A stretch of DNA of 63,286 nucleotides, filler included, from Choristocarpus tenellus KU-1152 (Eukaryota; Protista; Phaeophyceae), in NCBI GenBank assembly GCA_964200185.2. It is 10 parts of 10 records of this genome, joined end to end, with 100 filler letters (N's around TTAATTAATTAA, not from the genome) between each part and the next. Parts side by side here need not be neighbours in the genome. Positions count along the whole stretch, not along the records: positions 21,094 to 26,946 come from CAXNAD020009590.1; positions 27,047 to 31,798 come from CAXNAD020013194.1; positions 31,899 to 41,367 come from CAXNAD020003651.1; 7 more parts are not named here. One strand, given 5' to 3'. Below, in pieces: positions 24,701 through 36,780 of this stretch. Under the pieces are notes generated by a model, which saw nothing but the letters and a program-made list of their open reading frames with translations, did not search any database and was not told the origin of the DNA. Made by a program: the position numbers and the translations under genes. Every line of letters begins with the position of its first letter. Position 1 is the first letter of the stretch.

Positions 24701-26307
24701 TTCTGGCTAACATGCTACAACAGTATAGAATTAGATTGCAACCATGAACCAACAGAACTCTTCATTTGATTTCATTTGTGGCACAGGAAGTATGCAATCT
24801 AGAGCTCTTACTCTACAAATCAAACCGCACAGTCGTGTGAAAAACTGCCATGGTTTTCTAAATTTGGAGGCGAACAAAACAGTGTCCCACACTAATACTG
24901 CCACTGACAGTTTGTGATTGGAGCCCAATGGACCAGGTCCAACAGCACATTCTCACATCTCCACAGCAGGTACGACACTTCAGAGAATCATACATTAATT
25001 TTTACTTTCCATGCAAAAAATCCCTCACCCTGCACGTGTATTGCCAGATAAATCCTACAGGAATGACTCCATTACTCACATGTCTACGAAGCCCTGGTAT
25101 TGTGCAAGAGCATGCTGAAGGGTCAGCGTCTGCAACCTGTGCCCCCAGTTGGTGAATTGTTCATTGTTGAACCGTTGCCAGTACTGCCACTCCAATTGCT
25201 CCATCTGGAGCCGTGAGAGAACACAGCACTCCACAACTGAACCTGTTGTGTCTCCTTCACCAGAACATGCCATATATTCCACATGCTCATCCACCACCGG
25301 AACCTGCACCAGGTCATCAGACGAGGTGATCCTAGACCTTACCAAGGATACTGCACCACCCACGGTCGGGCCTCCAGCACTATCATTAGCATAGTTCTGC
25401 ACGGTAGCAGCGCCAGCAGAAGCCACGGCAACATTGCCCTCCACATTTACCCGAACACCCAAAGATTGCTGTATGCCTTCGCCGCCTGCCCTTGGTGCCA
25501 CCTCCGGGCGACTTGTCCTGACCACCGAAGGTCTGGAAGATGGTGGTGTGGTGGGCTCAGCCATGGACACAGACTCTGGTCTCCTCTTGAGCATAAGATG
25601 CATTGCCTGCGTACAAGATGTGTCAGCCTGCTCAACAATAGCAAACGTTCCCCAAAGGGTATGCGTGGAATGTTATTTCTTTTGGATAACACACACGATT
25701 TAACAAGTGGTCCTCTGTTTGGACGACCTGGAGGTTAGCCTCCATGACATGTGTGAAAAGAAATTGGTACAGGTAGAGAGAAATATCTAGTTGAAAGTAA
25801 GACTACAGAATTAACCATGTGCTATGGTCTTGATCCGAATAACGGCAGGAAAAGACAAGGCGGGCTCGATCTTCCTGGATAGACCTGATCGAGCTCAAGA
25901 AAATGACTATAACACCGCATTACGTATACAAGGTGTGCACGATCGTGAATCTATGCATGTTGGGAAACGAGGCCTACCGTCCGGAGCACGTGACGCAGTG
26001 TATCCCCGTCATTGCAGATCTTCCCAGCAAATATTATCATCTGGTCGCGTTGTGATGGCTTGCCCTCACAGCGTACCTCAAGCAGTTTCTTCAGGTCCAG
26101 TACAGTCTGGTCTACCGAAAGTCTGCAATTAGTCTTTTCTCTGGAGTAGACGGTAGTAACCGCAAGATTTACTTGGTCTTGACTTCCATCCACATCCTCG
26201 CCCGTCCTCCCCAGAGCTGCTCTTCCGCCCTCCCCAACTAGGATGTCGGGCACGTGGAGGCCTGATGGCGCTGGTCCTCCCCCCATCTCATCGGCGGACA
26301 TTGCCAT
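21733..26307 (-). CDS. HERP/HERPUD-like ER membrane protein with N-terminal ubiquitin-like domain (final exon unresolved)
   Basis: Exons 26307-25978, 25627-25080 and 22422-21733. UBL: DQTVLDLKKLLEVRCEGKPSQRDQMIIFAGKICNDGDTLRHVL...MHLML. C-terminal hydrophobic IDLKLALKMVLLVMFL...LYLYKTG...AFVLSMFP matches HERP-type C-termini. Confidence 0.75.
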
Positions 26308-27409
26308 GTCAGGCAACACCTCGATTTTCCCAGTCTTTGATAAATGCTAATGTAAAGCCGTCCGAAGCCTTACCTTGAAGATCCACCCCTCTTGCAAGAA
26401 CACTCTACTACGTTCCACTTTCTCTGTCACCCTTTGTGTCCTATCCTGTTGAACTTGGATGAACTTGGCTTCAAGAGTCTCCGGAGCAAAAGGGTACTGC
26501 GGCCTTCATGTTAACAGGGAGAAATGTTAGTAGATCATATCTCATCTCACACAATTGACGAGTCTCTCATTTCCCCTTCTCTAGACTAATGGGACATGGA
26601 ATCCCCCAAATGCACAAACTCACGTTTCTTCCTTTGCCATCAGCCATCCTCCAATTGGGTAAACCACCAAAGAGGCGTTTAGTTCTTTGTTGATACTACA
26701 TACTCTATTACTATTAAAATGTTTTACTATTTGGTTGGTATTTGTAGTACTAATATGAATATGAATACGAATATGAATATTGATATTTTATTGTGTTCCT
26801 CTAGTTGATATTCTGATATTCTTTCTTCATTTTGATATACTTGTTGCATTTTTTTCCTCCTCTATCTCTTCACATAACAGCCGATTTCAAAAATTGAGGA
26901 CGGAGCTTTTCATTGAGGATGGGCTTGACCCAAAATTGACTGGGATNNNNNNNNNNNNNNNNNNNNNNNNNNNNNNNNNNNNNNNNNNNNTTAATTAATT
27001 AANNNNNNNNNNNNNNNNNNNNNNNNNNNNNNNNNNNNNNNNNNNNCAGCAACAGGGTATGCCTGAGTTTTTTTTGCTGCCGCCCCTTCTTAGGTACATC
27101 ATGTATTCCCTTTATTTTTCTTCCTTCTTTTCGTTACTGTATTTCTGCCCTTCCTCTATCTACAGTGCTCTCCCTTAGAAAGACAACCTAGGCCCTACGG
27201 TTGCTTTGACACTACAGACTGTTTGTTCTATTGGGGGGTGGGGCCGACGGGATGATAACAGCTCTTTTCGTTGTTGAGGCCGCGCCAAGGCAGACTCTCT
27301 TGGAGATGAAGCCGAGAGGATGAGGAGTGTCAGCTCTTTCTGGTGAAAGATGGCGCACGACCTCGATCAAAGATGAGGGTGAAACAGACCTCAAGGTCAG
27401 GATTAGGAG

Positions 27410-27640
27410 TACGAGTTTTGCCCTGTTTGTACGTTTGGGTCTTGACTTCCCACGATTTTTTTTAATGACATTTTCATACTCCAAAATGTTTCAGAGTAGG
27501 TAAAATATATACGTTATGAAAAGGTGTGCCTGAAACAAGGATATTGACTCTTCCTACAAACACCACAGCCAAAATTACTTCGAAATCGGAACATTGGATT
27601 TTTGCCCCAAGCAGACGCGGCTGTACCCTCTAAGATACTT
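27410..27640. mobile_element. MITE-family copy (~230 bp)
   Basis: Colinear with 31270-31515 and, in reverse, with ~840-1070. Ends in TACCCTCTAAGATACTTT. Confidence 0.7.
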
Positions 27641-29511
27641 TTACTTAAATATTCATAAATACAATACTCACGCTGGTAGCACTGCTGTTTGTTGTGTTAA
27701 GTGAATGGACCTCGGGCCAAGGCCATGCCAGATATCATAGAAGAAAACTGATCACGTTCTGGACCAATCATCTCAATGTTTGTTTGCCGTAACGGTTGTA
27801 ACGACAGGCTCTGATTTGGCGGGGTGTGTGCGCATGCATGGCGAAAGTCACATCTATCGATACAGCTCTGCTACTTCATCACAGGGCCACTACCAACGAT
27901 AAACGTATAACGTGGGAGTGTAGTATCGCCGAAGAGTTAGAAGCACAGTGGTTGCTGGTAATAATATTAATGTTGCCAACCGAAAGGGTGTACGACTGGG
28001 CTAAATCACCTAGAGAAAAATTCGGAACAATCGAATTGAACCGTAAGCGATTGATGTGATGAAATGCGAAGGCCGCATTAGTCACCGACTGGCGTGTGGT
28101 ACTACGCGCCACAAAGTAAATAACTCCAAAGCCCCCCCAGGTCTCATCAGGCAGTTCTGAAATCATGAACATAAAAATGTATCGTGAGTTATTTGTGGGT
28201 AGTGACACCTTGTGATCAATATCATGTGTTTCTGCAGCCTCTGACACGTTCGTTAGCAGCATCTCTGGTTGTATTATGATAATCAATTAAAAATCGAATA
28301 ACCGACCTTTTTCAGTTCACCTATTTGGTTATGAAGATACATCAAAACAAAGCCTATTAAACCGCCGCAACTCACAACACTGTATACATTTACATTACCG
28401 TGTATGCAAAGCCAGGCAACGTTGTGCAATGAGCAACATTCAAAGGAGGCGAGTAACACACCCTCACATCAGTTGCGGCAATGAGGCCCAAAAAGAGTGT
28501 GAGGGTCGAGCCCCAGCTACTTGCCCAGGGGAGTTGACCAACCTGAGCTCTGGAGCCAACCGCAACAAGTCCATAGTTGGCAAGGATGTCCTGGTCAACC
28601 GCATCACATCACAGCATGCACCACCCACCAATGCGCAACGGGTAGCTGACATTGATTACTGTACTGCCGAGATGATTACACTGTGAAACATCTGCACTAC
28701 TGCAACAAGATCGACCCTGCTAGTGAAACATAATTCTTCCATCATTTGTGATCGAGATCCATATAATACTGGGTAGCAGCTCCCTTTGCCAACATTGACG
28801 CAGAGTGACTCACAAATATGAAAAGAGGGACGAGACGTGACCGTGGAGATCTTGGACTTCCAGGCGACAGAGTCATGTGGTTCCAAGAACTCATCTCCTT
28901 TCTTTTCAAGAGTACGGTGTCATGGTGAACGCTCTCCTCCTTTGGTCAGGCATATGCGTGTGTGCACGTGGGAGGGTGCTAGGCACGAGTTAGGATGCTC
29001 ACCACCGCCCCCGGGAGAGACCAAACCTAATTAACATCTCATCTATAAGCGCCTACCCCTGCGTTGTCATCCTCTGCTTCTTCTGCATCACTATTTTCAC
29101 TATCTCTAGTGTCCTCGCCTTCTCTCTGGCGGCATGCATGAGGTTCTCTTCTTTCGCCACCCCTCAGCAACAAGTGATGACGTTGACTGTCCGTCCGCCC
29201 CCAGTACGAACATAGGGGGATGTTGGGCGATCTAGTATCTATTGGCATACAGGCATAATTCAGACAATATTCCTAACGTGCTGTATGCGTATTCGGCACA
29301 CGGCAAAATACTTGAACGCGACGGCTCACGGTGCCAATCTGGCTGCCTGGAGTCGTCTGTTTTGATGCTTCGCACTAGTCGCGGCAGATAGGAAGCGGTA
29401 ATAGTTGTTAGCTAAAGAAGGACAAAGATCGATGAAACTCGGTTTGTTATAAATGTATGTGGGATAATTCATTTTTGGTTTAAGAATCACTTTGTGCTAG
29501 GCGTTGTTGTT

Positions 29512-29704
29512 ATACCTTCTCGGCCTTTTGGCTAAGATCATGTGTAGTATCTGTTCTATCTAGTGTGAAAACTAGATGATCTCCAATGGAGATCGAATTT
29601 CACACCTGTTTTTGAAGTAGCTGGGTTCAGTGTCGCTTGCGGCACTCTGGTTGGATTTCCTTGGCATTGCACTTCAGCGAAGTGAGGTCCGTCCCCTCGG
29701 GGAC
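29512..29704 (+). ncRNA. U2: U2 spliceosomal snRNA
   Basis: 5' ATACCTTCTCGGCCTTTTGGCTAAGATCA-T-GTGTAGTATCTGTTCT with branch-recognition GTAGTA. Stem IIa TCTAGT/ACTAGA has its loop complement TTCACAC downstream. Stem IIb GATCTCCA/TGGAGATC, Sm-like TTTTTG, stem IV loop ATTGCAC. Confidence 0.95.
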
Positions 29705-29980
29705 AACGCATCAATAACATCGACATATACCGACCGTGTCCCCGTCAGCCCAACCACCACAGAACTACTCCAACATTCACTTCCTAAACAAATACAATGC
29801 ATAGACGACACAGTCTTCCCTATTTGTTTGAGTCAGCAAGGATTGCAGCATGTAGAAGACTTTCACTCTGGAATATTATGTTGTAATACCAGTTTATGTA
29901 CACTTAGTTGAGACTGAACAAGTAGTGAGTGAAGAAGTGCAAATGAACACCTTCTTGTTGTTCGAATACGATGTACTACC

Positions 29981-30240
29981 GAGTCAAAGCAAGTGAGAGG
30001 TACCCATTTTCATTTTAAGGATATTGACAAATTTGTGGAAAATTTGGCTCCTTACAAATGTTTGCAGGATATTTTCCGAGTTGTGTCGGAATAGTCTCTA
30101 TCAGCAGAGAAATAAACTCTCTCAACCCAACCTTAGAACTTCATCCATAGAAATATGGGTAATTTGGTTGCAGAAGATTGAAAAACAGACTTGAAATGCA
30201 ACTCGACCAAAACCTGGCTACCTCTAGTTTACTTTGACTC
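29981..30240. mobile_element. Complete MITE with ~22-bp imperfect TIRs (GAGTCAAAG...CTTTGACTC)
   Basis: Left GAGTCAAAGCAAGTGAGAGGTA; reverse complement of the right end is GAGTCAAAGTAAACTAGAGGTA. A homologous full copy is at 56284-56542. Confidence 0.75.
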
Positions 30241-31269
30241 ACTAGTGGTAATACTATGGCGGCTGCCAAATGACCCTCCAATTTTCTCAGCGGAAAGTGA
30301 GCCACAACCCTCATCGTCTCGTCGGATAACATAGACGCGGTGTTGTTTCCAGATAATAAAAATAATTTTCTAGTGGAACTTCAAGGCCTGTGGTGGCACC
30401 TTGAGTCAAACCGAGAGGTAGGCAGGTTGACATTTCAAGCATCCAGAGAAAGGGCAAAAGGCTTCCATTTCAGTACAATTACAGAAAGGGCCTTTACTGA
30501 ATTGTGGTGTCACATTTTGTGTGGAAAGGAGGAATGCCAATTTTGTACACACCACCATTGTGTATATAAAGCAATGAAATAGAGAGTATTGTACAGGGCG
30601 AGAAAGACGGCTAGAATGCAAAAGCTTGCCTACCTCTAAAGTGGTTTGGCTCCTTCAAAATAATAATATGAGCCCGTGTCTGAACCTTTCCTGCTATTCT
30701 ACCAGCGAAAGGCATTTTGAACGAACCACATTGGTCTCATCACCTCAAATAGAAGCACCTACTGCGCGCTGACAAAATTAGAGTCCTTAGTGCAGCCCCA
30801 TCCCACGAATTGAGACCAAGTACCAAAGCCATGGTTCTCCGAGAAAGGGTTGGTGTCTTACCATCTTCAGGTCAACCCCCATTGCTTACAACACGCGGCA
30901 AAGTGACTTATGCATTGGATATGATTCTAGGGCAATATGTCCTCCGCCAGACGTTTGCTATCCTTTCTGCCATGTCCTCACACACTCTGTAAGCTTAATG
31001 GCTCTGCAAAGGCAGGGGCCTGTCATCCTGATCTTTGTCTGTCCCCCCCAACCCCAATACACCAGCGACTCTTCCTCCCAGTACCACCACTGCAGTCATC
31101 TTCTTCATCGAATAATACATATTGACGTTCCACCACCACGGGAAAATTCTGGTGCATCATCCCTCCAGGTCCTAGTGCAAGTCTGTTGCAATGCCTATCA
31201 GCAAAGACAGTGGGCCACGATCAGGTGCCCATACTCTACTAAACAATCGCAACTGAGTGAGAGTATCTC

Positions 31270-31515
31270 AGAGGGTGCGAGTTTTTACCGTGTTTGTCCA
31301 TTTGGGGCTTGACTTCCCCATGGGTTTTTAATGACATTTTACCTACTCCAAAATTTTTCGGAGTAGATAAAATGTGTATGTTATGAAAAGGTGTGTCCAT
31401 ACCAAGGATATTGGCATTTTCTAACAAACATGATAGCCAAAATTTTCACCAAAATTAAAACATTAGATATTGGCCCCCAAATGGACGCAGCTCTACCCTC
31501 TAAGATACTTTGACT
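31270..31515. mobile_element. MITE-family copy (~245 bp)
   Basis: Colinear with 27410-27640; ends CTCTAAGATACTTTGACTC. Confidence 0.7.
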
Positions 31516-32166
31516 CAACTTTCCCCTGGATCAAGGACAAGCATTTCCCTTGGTTAGCTGGAGTTACTGTGTAGGAGCACAGCTTTAATGCAAATAGTGC
31601 AATGGTGGGTACTGATCCAACCCATGTACCTACATCTCCCGATTGACATATCCTTCTCCACCGAAACGAGAAAATATTTAAGGTCATAATCGGGCATTGC
31701 CAACTTTCTTCCCTGGCCTTCCAGAGTATTTTGACCCAAAGTATCTGAGGGGGGGGGGGGTCTGCACCAGGGTGTCCATTTGACCCATAACAGGAAAANN
31801 NNNNNNNNNNNNNNNNNNNNNNNNNNNNNNNNNNNNNNNNNNTTAATTAATTAANNNNNNNNNNNNNNNNNNNNNNNNNNNNNNNNNNNNNNNNNNNNCT
31901 TGATTGTTCCATTACTCCATAAATAATTTACCGTAACTGTCCGATAGAGTTGGAAGAGTCTAATCGAACAAGCTTGTGGATGGAAAATGGAAGGAAGGTG
32001 GGCAGGAGAAAATTGTCCTTAGAGAGATGGTTACGTTTGGTGTGACTATACCGCAAGGAGAGGAGAACGAGCGTTTTGATCCAGCCGAAGAAGTGCCTTG
32101 TGCAGGAAAATTATACTTCCGTGCCACAACTTGCTCAACTTTTCAACACTTCCTCGCCCTGTTCAC

Positions 32167-32488
32167 CGTTTGAGGGGACCATAAAGGTCCACCACATCTG
32201 CATCCACAAGCAGTTTATCCTCGTAGATGATCTCCAAGCGTGCCCTTTTGTGGTCACTTCCCCCACCTCCATCTCTAAAGGAGGGCACCCAATCACCCCG
32301 CTGCTGTGATACCTTGATCACCTTTATGAGCAACTTAGTCATGCGGAACTGCTGGTTGCCTCATCATCAGAGGTCTCTCCCCCCTTAAGGTCGTATTTCT
32401 CCACAAGGCGTTTAGTCGTCAGCTTGAAACGCCTGCAAACACCTATGAAAGAAGTTTCAAACTTGTGACAACCTTCCTCGTTGTCCAT
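32167..32488 (-). CDS. Putative small gene with Scm3/HJURP-like N-terminal motif (3' end unresolved)
   Basis: Exon 32488-32360 gives MDNEEGCHKFETSFIGVCRRFKLTTKRLVEKYDLKGGETSDDE. A proposed 56-nt GC-AG intron (32359-32304) contains TGACTAAG. Exon 32303-32167 gives QRGDWVPSFRDGGGGSDHKRARLEIIYEDKLLVDADVVDLYGPLK. Absent from the ORF track because both pieces are under 60 aa. Confidence 0.45.
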
Positions 32489-32801
32489 GTCTCCTCCTTC
32501 GATGTCCTCTTTTTTTTGGCGTTTTGAGCTTCACTTGTATAGTCAAGTACTTGCGTAGTCAAGAACGTTGTTCTTCACACACACCCAAACCTGATCTGCC
32601 ATGATGATGACAAGCAGATCTATTTACTCAAAGAAGTGGTGGTTACGTGATGACTTAATTCTCTAACCCTCTCAACCTTGCATCGTCGGTGTTGTTTCAC
32701 CCAACTCCCTATTTACAACGGACTCGCGCGCGTGCGCGGGAATATACACTGCCGCGCGGAGCTTGGTTCCTTCTTTCAATCTACTGTCGAGAACGACCAT
32801 C

Positions 32802-35800
32802 ATGGCATGGCACGACTTTGGGTCTCATCATACACAGAGTAGCAAAGTTGATGTTGTTCTCTGGGGAATTCCTGACTGTTCTCTGGCCATTGGTATTGGT
32901 GGTAAGCTTGATGTCGAAGAGCTAACTCGAGACAGACGGCGGACCACACCACTGATCCAGCAATGTGATGTGATTTTCCCTCTCCTCGAATCCGACACCG
33001 TCACGGGTAGCAGAGTGGAGGAGACAGATGAACATCGATCCAAGGTTCGTTTCAGATGATATGGTGGAGCTTCCTTGAGTCTTTCAAGAGACTGGTGTTA
33101 TTCATGCAGCGATATCGCAGCCATCATGTTTGCTTGCCTACATGTGTGCCTTCTGATATGGCCTGAGCTTGTGGGTTTCATAGAGACCTTACTTGTGGTG
33201 GACCAATACAGTTGCTCTTAACTTGTGAAGATCCATATGGGCGCTCACTCTCCAGAGTTTGCAAGGGCTTGCAACATTCGCGATCCGAAGGGCTCGAAAT
33301 CGCAATATCTTGTCGCCAAGTGGTACAATTCGATGAGGTCTTGCTGCTGGAATCACTTTATTGACAATGCACTCCTTCCAGACATAGTCACTCTAGACTT
33401 GTTCGCTTGGGAAGGATCGAAATCCGGTATATTGGTTTGCTGGATTTATTGACTGTTGACTCTCGAAGGGCTATTGGTTTGATTGGGTTCATTTTGCCAC
33501 TTGTGGGTGCCCATTACCAACTGTTCTTACTCCTTGTTGGGAGGACCTCGTCACTGCTTGTTCGTTGTTCCTTGTTATCCTAGGCGCGCGCACACGCAAG
33601 GACACAAACACGCATACACACATATGCTCTTGCACTTCTCGTGTTTGTTCTCATTGTAATCAAGGAAGAATCAAATGCTCTTCTAGTCTTGAAACGAAAT
33701 CTGCGGGAATATTTTTACTACAGAGTCCGGGGGGGGCTAGCATCTCTTCTCGAGGAGAATTTTCTCCGGTCTCATGTCCTGAGCTCGTGCTTCTGCGCCG
33801 TTGCCTTAAATGCGGCTAGCGACCATGGGAACTCCTTTGCCATTCTGCCAAGGGGACGGCTCATCCTTTTCCTTGATAGAGAGTCTTTCCAGGTGAGTAC
33901 ATACTCTGCAAATCCCCTGGTGTGATCCTTTCAAGTTTGTTGGGAGTTGGGAGGTAAACTGACCAATAGATTAGTGACCCTTCCGTGTTAACACCACTAA
34001 GAGTTGTTGTAGAAGGCTCTGTCCTGATTGACATATTCGAGGCGTTTTTGAGTCTCCTGATTCACCCTTGGTTTGACTTGGACGAAAAATGCACAAGCTC
34101 ATTGAGCCTGCCCACTTTACCTTCTCCCAACATGTTCCATTGAGAGGTTTTGGGCAGATACTCTGTTCTTGTTTGACAACTTGCGCACAACAGTATTGGT
34201 CTTTATCTGGCAGGAAGCACTCCTACACTCATACTTTTACCATCCAGGTGGGGGACCACCTCAATGCTGTTGCACCTTGTCATATAGAGCACGAACTCCT
34301 TGCAATATGGGTTTGACGAGTTTCCTAGCCTGTTAGTAGTGAATACTCTGTTGATTCTTTATTTTTGACTTTTTGTTCCAGTAATGCAGTCCAGTAGTCT
34401 AGGTGCATCTTAGTATTGAGCTTGTTTTTCCAAGGTACAGCCCTACAGTGCTGATCATATGGACTGCGAATTCAAATTTATGGTGGATCTATGTTGATAT
34501 TGTACCTGTTGATAGGATGTACTTCAACTACTATGTACAAAATCGATTTGGAATACCTGCTGTAGTGACCCTTGACTTCACCTACTCTTCTATGCACTGT
34601 CTTGGGCTCTCAATATATGTGCTAAGTATAGCATACTACTATCATATTGTATCTTGGTAGTACATGTATCAGCACTGCATCTGATCGTGTTTTGAAATTG
34701 AAGCCACACACTGTGGTTCTTTGTTTTTATGAGTAGTGAATCTGTTGCGTTAATCTTGTTTTATATCATGTGTTTTTGTACTGACTCACATTACATTTTC
34801 CCTCACACACTGATTTACGGACACCCTTCAATTGTACTGCCCAATGCCCTTTGATCAATGCCCTTCCCCAATAATGGTACCAACAGGCGATGGGGCTCCC
34901 AGGTGAGGCAGCACCAAGTCGACCCCGTGGTACAAGTAAGTACACTGGGGGTGGGCCTGACAGAGGGGACTCAAGGGGGTGGAGCAGTAAAAGGGCATGT
35001 AATCGCTACCTCTCTATAATTGACCTTTCAGCGAAGTCGTTTCGACCAGGGAAGCCTCTGCGGGAGCGTGTATTGTCATGCCTTGCTCAAGGACGGGTCC
35101 CAGATGCAGATATGGCTGTGTGCTGGTGGGAGGATGATCAGGATGGGGATATGACAAGAGGAGGGAGGCAGAGATACTCAAGTGCTGTGGGCTGCGTGGT
35201 AGAGGATGGTGAAGCTGTACTAGGAGGGAGGGACGGCAGAACCGATGTGGGCAATGGAGGAAATGGCACAGGAAAAGACTCTGGGGGGGGGGCAAAATGC
35301 CTTCAAGTGCAATTCCCTGTTGGTTTTTTGGCACAGAAGGTGGAGGTTGAGCCAGAGGTGACTTTTTTCCGGGATGTGTGTTGCCCAAACTTGGACTTTG
35401 TGGGTAAGGGGTTACTCCCCAGACCACATTCTTCAGCAGGTGGTGAGCAGAAGAGTACTCCGGAGGCTGGTAAGGGAGATAATGCCCTTGGACAACATTC
35501 TGAGGACAGGCGGGGGGAGGGGCAACAGGTACTCCAAATGGGGCAGGGTTCCACCAAAACTGCTGCTGCTACTGATGCCTGCAGTCTCACCTATGATTTC
35601 TTTGAATGGCTTGGGGCAGTGTCATGTGGTGTTGAGGGCCCACTTCAGAGGGCCCCTGAAGTCTGTTGCTCAACATTTCAAACACCAAAACATATCCCCT
35701 TTCACACAGGGCGAACAGTGTGCCGGGCTCGCCTGCGGGGGTTGTTGCCACCACTGTGTGTGCGCCGATGTCTAGATGTTGCCTCTGGCCATCAAAGGTA

Positions 35801-36038
35801 CGGGAATGATGAACTTGGGCAATTTCAGCCACCCCGAGGGGATATGTGGGGAGCATTGACAACTTGGGCATTTTGTGATGGTCCTCATGCATACGACACT
35901 GGCAAGTGTGTGGGCTTTAGTAGCACATGCGCATCATTGTGGCCTGTGGGAGGTGAAGGATTGAACACTACTGTTGTGTGGCCTGGGTCAGGCTGTGTGG
36001 CATACATTTCAGCAGCATGCCCAGGGCCGGGGAACTAA
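32802..36038 (+). CDS. RPP40: RNase P/MRP protein subunit p40
   Basis: Exons 32802-33044, 33665-33892 and 34887-36038 in frame. Motifs GNSFAILPRGRLILFLDRESFQAMGLPG, IDLSAKSFRPGKPLRERVLSCL, FFEWLGAVSCG and WGALTTWAFCDGP match conserved Rpp40 blocks. Confidence 0.88.
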
Positions 36039-36780
36039 TTCTGCTTTTCACCTCCCTTCCCCCTGCTTGATCAGCTTTGCCATAGGTTTGTTGCTTCAAG
36101 CAATAGTTTGGGTATATTATGGTGCATAGGTAGCTTGAGATCTGTTCCTAGACTTTTTTTTCACATGTCTTCTCAGAGAGAGAAGTGTTACTTTCAGTCC
36201 TAACTGTCATCCCTTCAAAACCTTCATACTTGATGTACATTGATGAGTACAAAGCCTCCCTGAGCAAAGGAGTGTGTGATGTAGCAGTGAAAGGAGGAAA
36301 GGCAGGTACATACCCCTGTGTTATTGTGTACATATATGACCGCATTGGTGTGGAGCTTGGGGTTTGCACCATTACAGATGCCCCCTGAACCCCAACACTG
36401 CCATTGGAAAAGGCCTAGCACAGTAGGCTTGGTTTGACCTTTGAGTACCTACTGGGACTCAGGATAGTGCTCTCCTTTGTCGATTTTTGCTCAAGCTCTG
36501 CCATCTCATGTACACTACTACTTTGAAATCTTATCATACCATAGAGTGCTGTTCAGTTAACCCTGTGCACACCTGTAGTTGAACTGTAGAAGGTGTCTGA
36601 AAGTTGAGTTTTAGATACATCTTGGCAAATTTCGTTTGAGTGCTGCGTTCATTTTCTTATTTATGTTGTGCTGTGGTTTTGCAGAGATGCCTAAGGCAAG
36701 CAGTGAGCCCCACTTCCATACACCTTCCTTACACTCTCCTCCTATCCCTGCCTTCCAAGCCTATCTTGCCCTTTCTTCAC

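Noticed and set aside
28380-29250. Possible piggyBac relic (DAVDQDILANYGL...TLFLGLI on minus strand)
   Set aside because: Only loose resemblance to the GGVDxxDQ...Y...LFxxL motif; needs a profile search.
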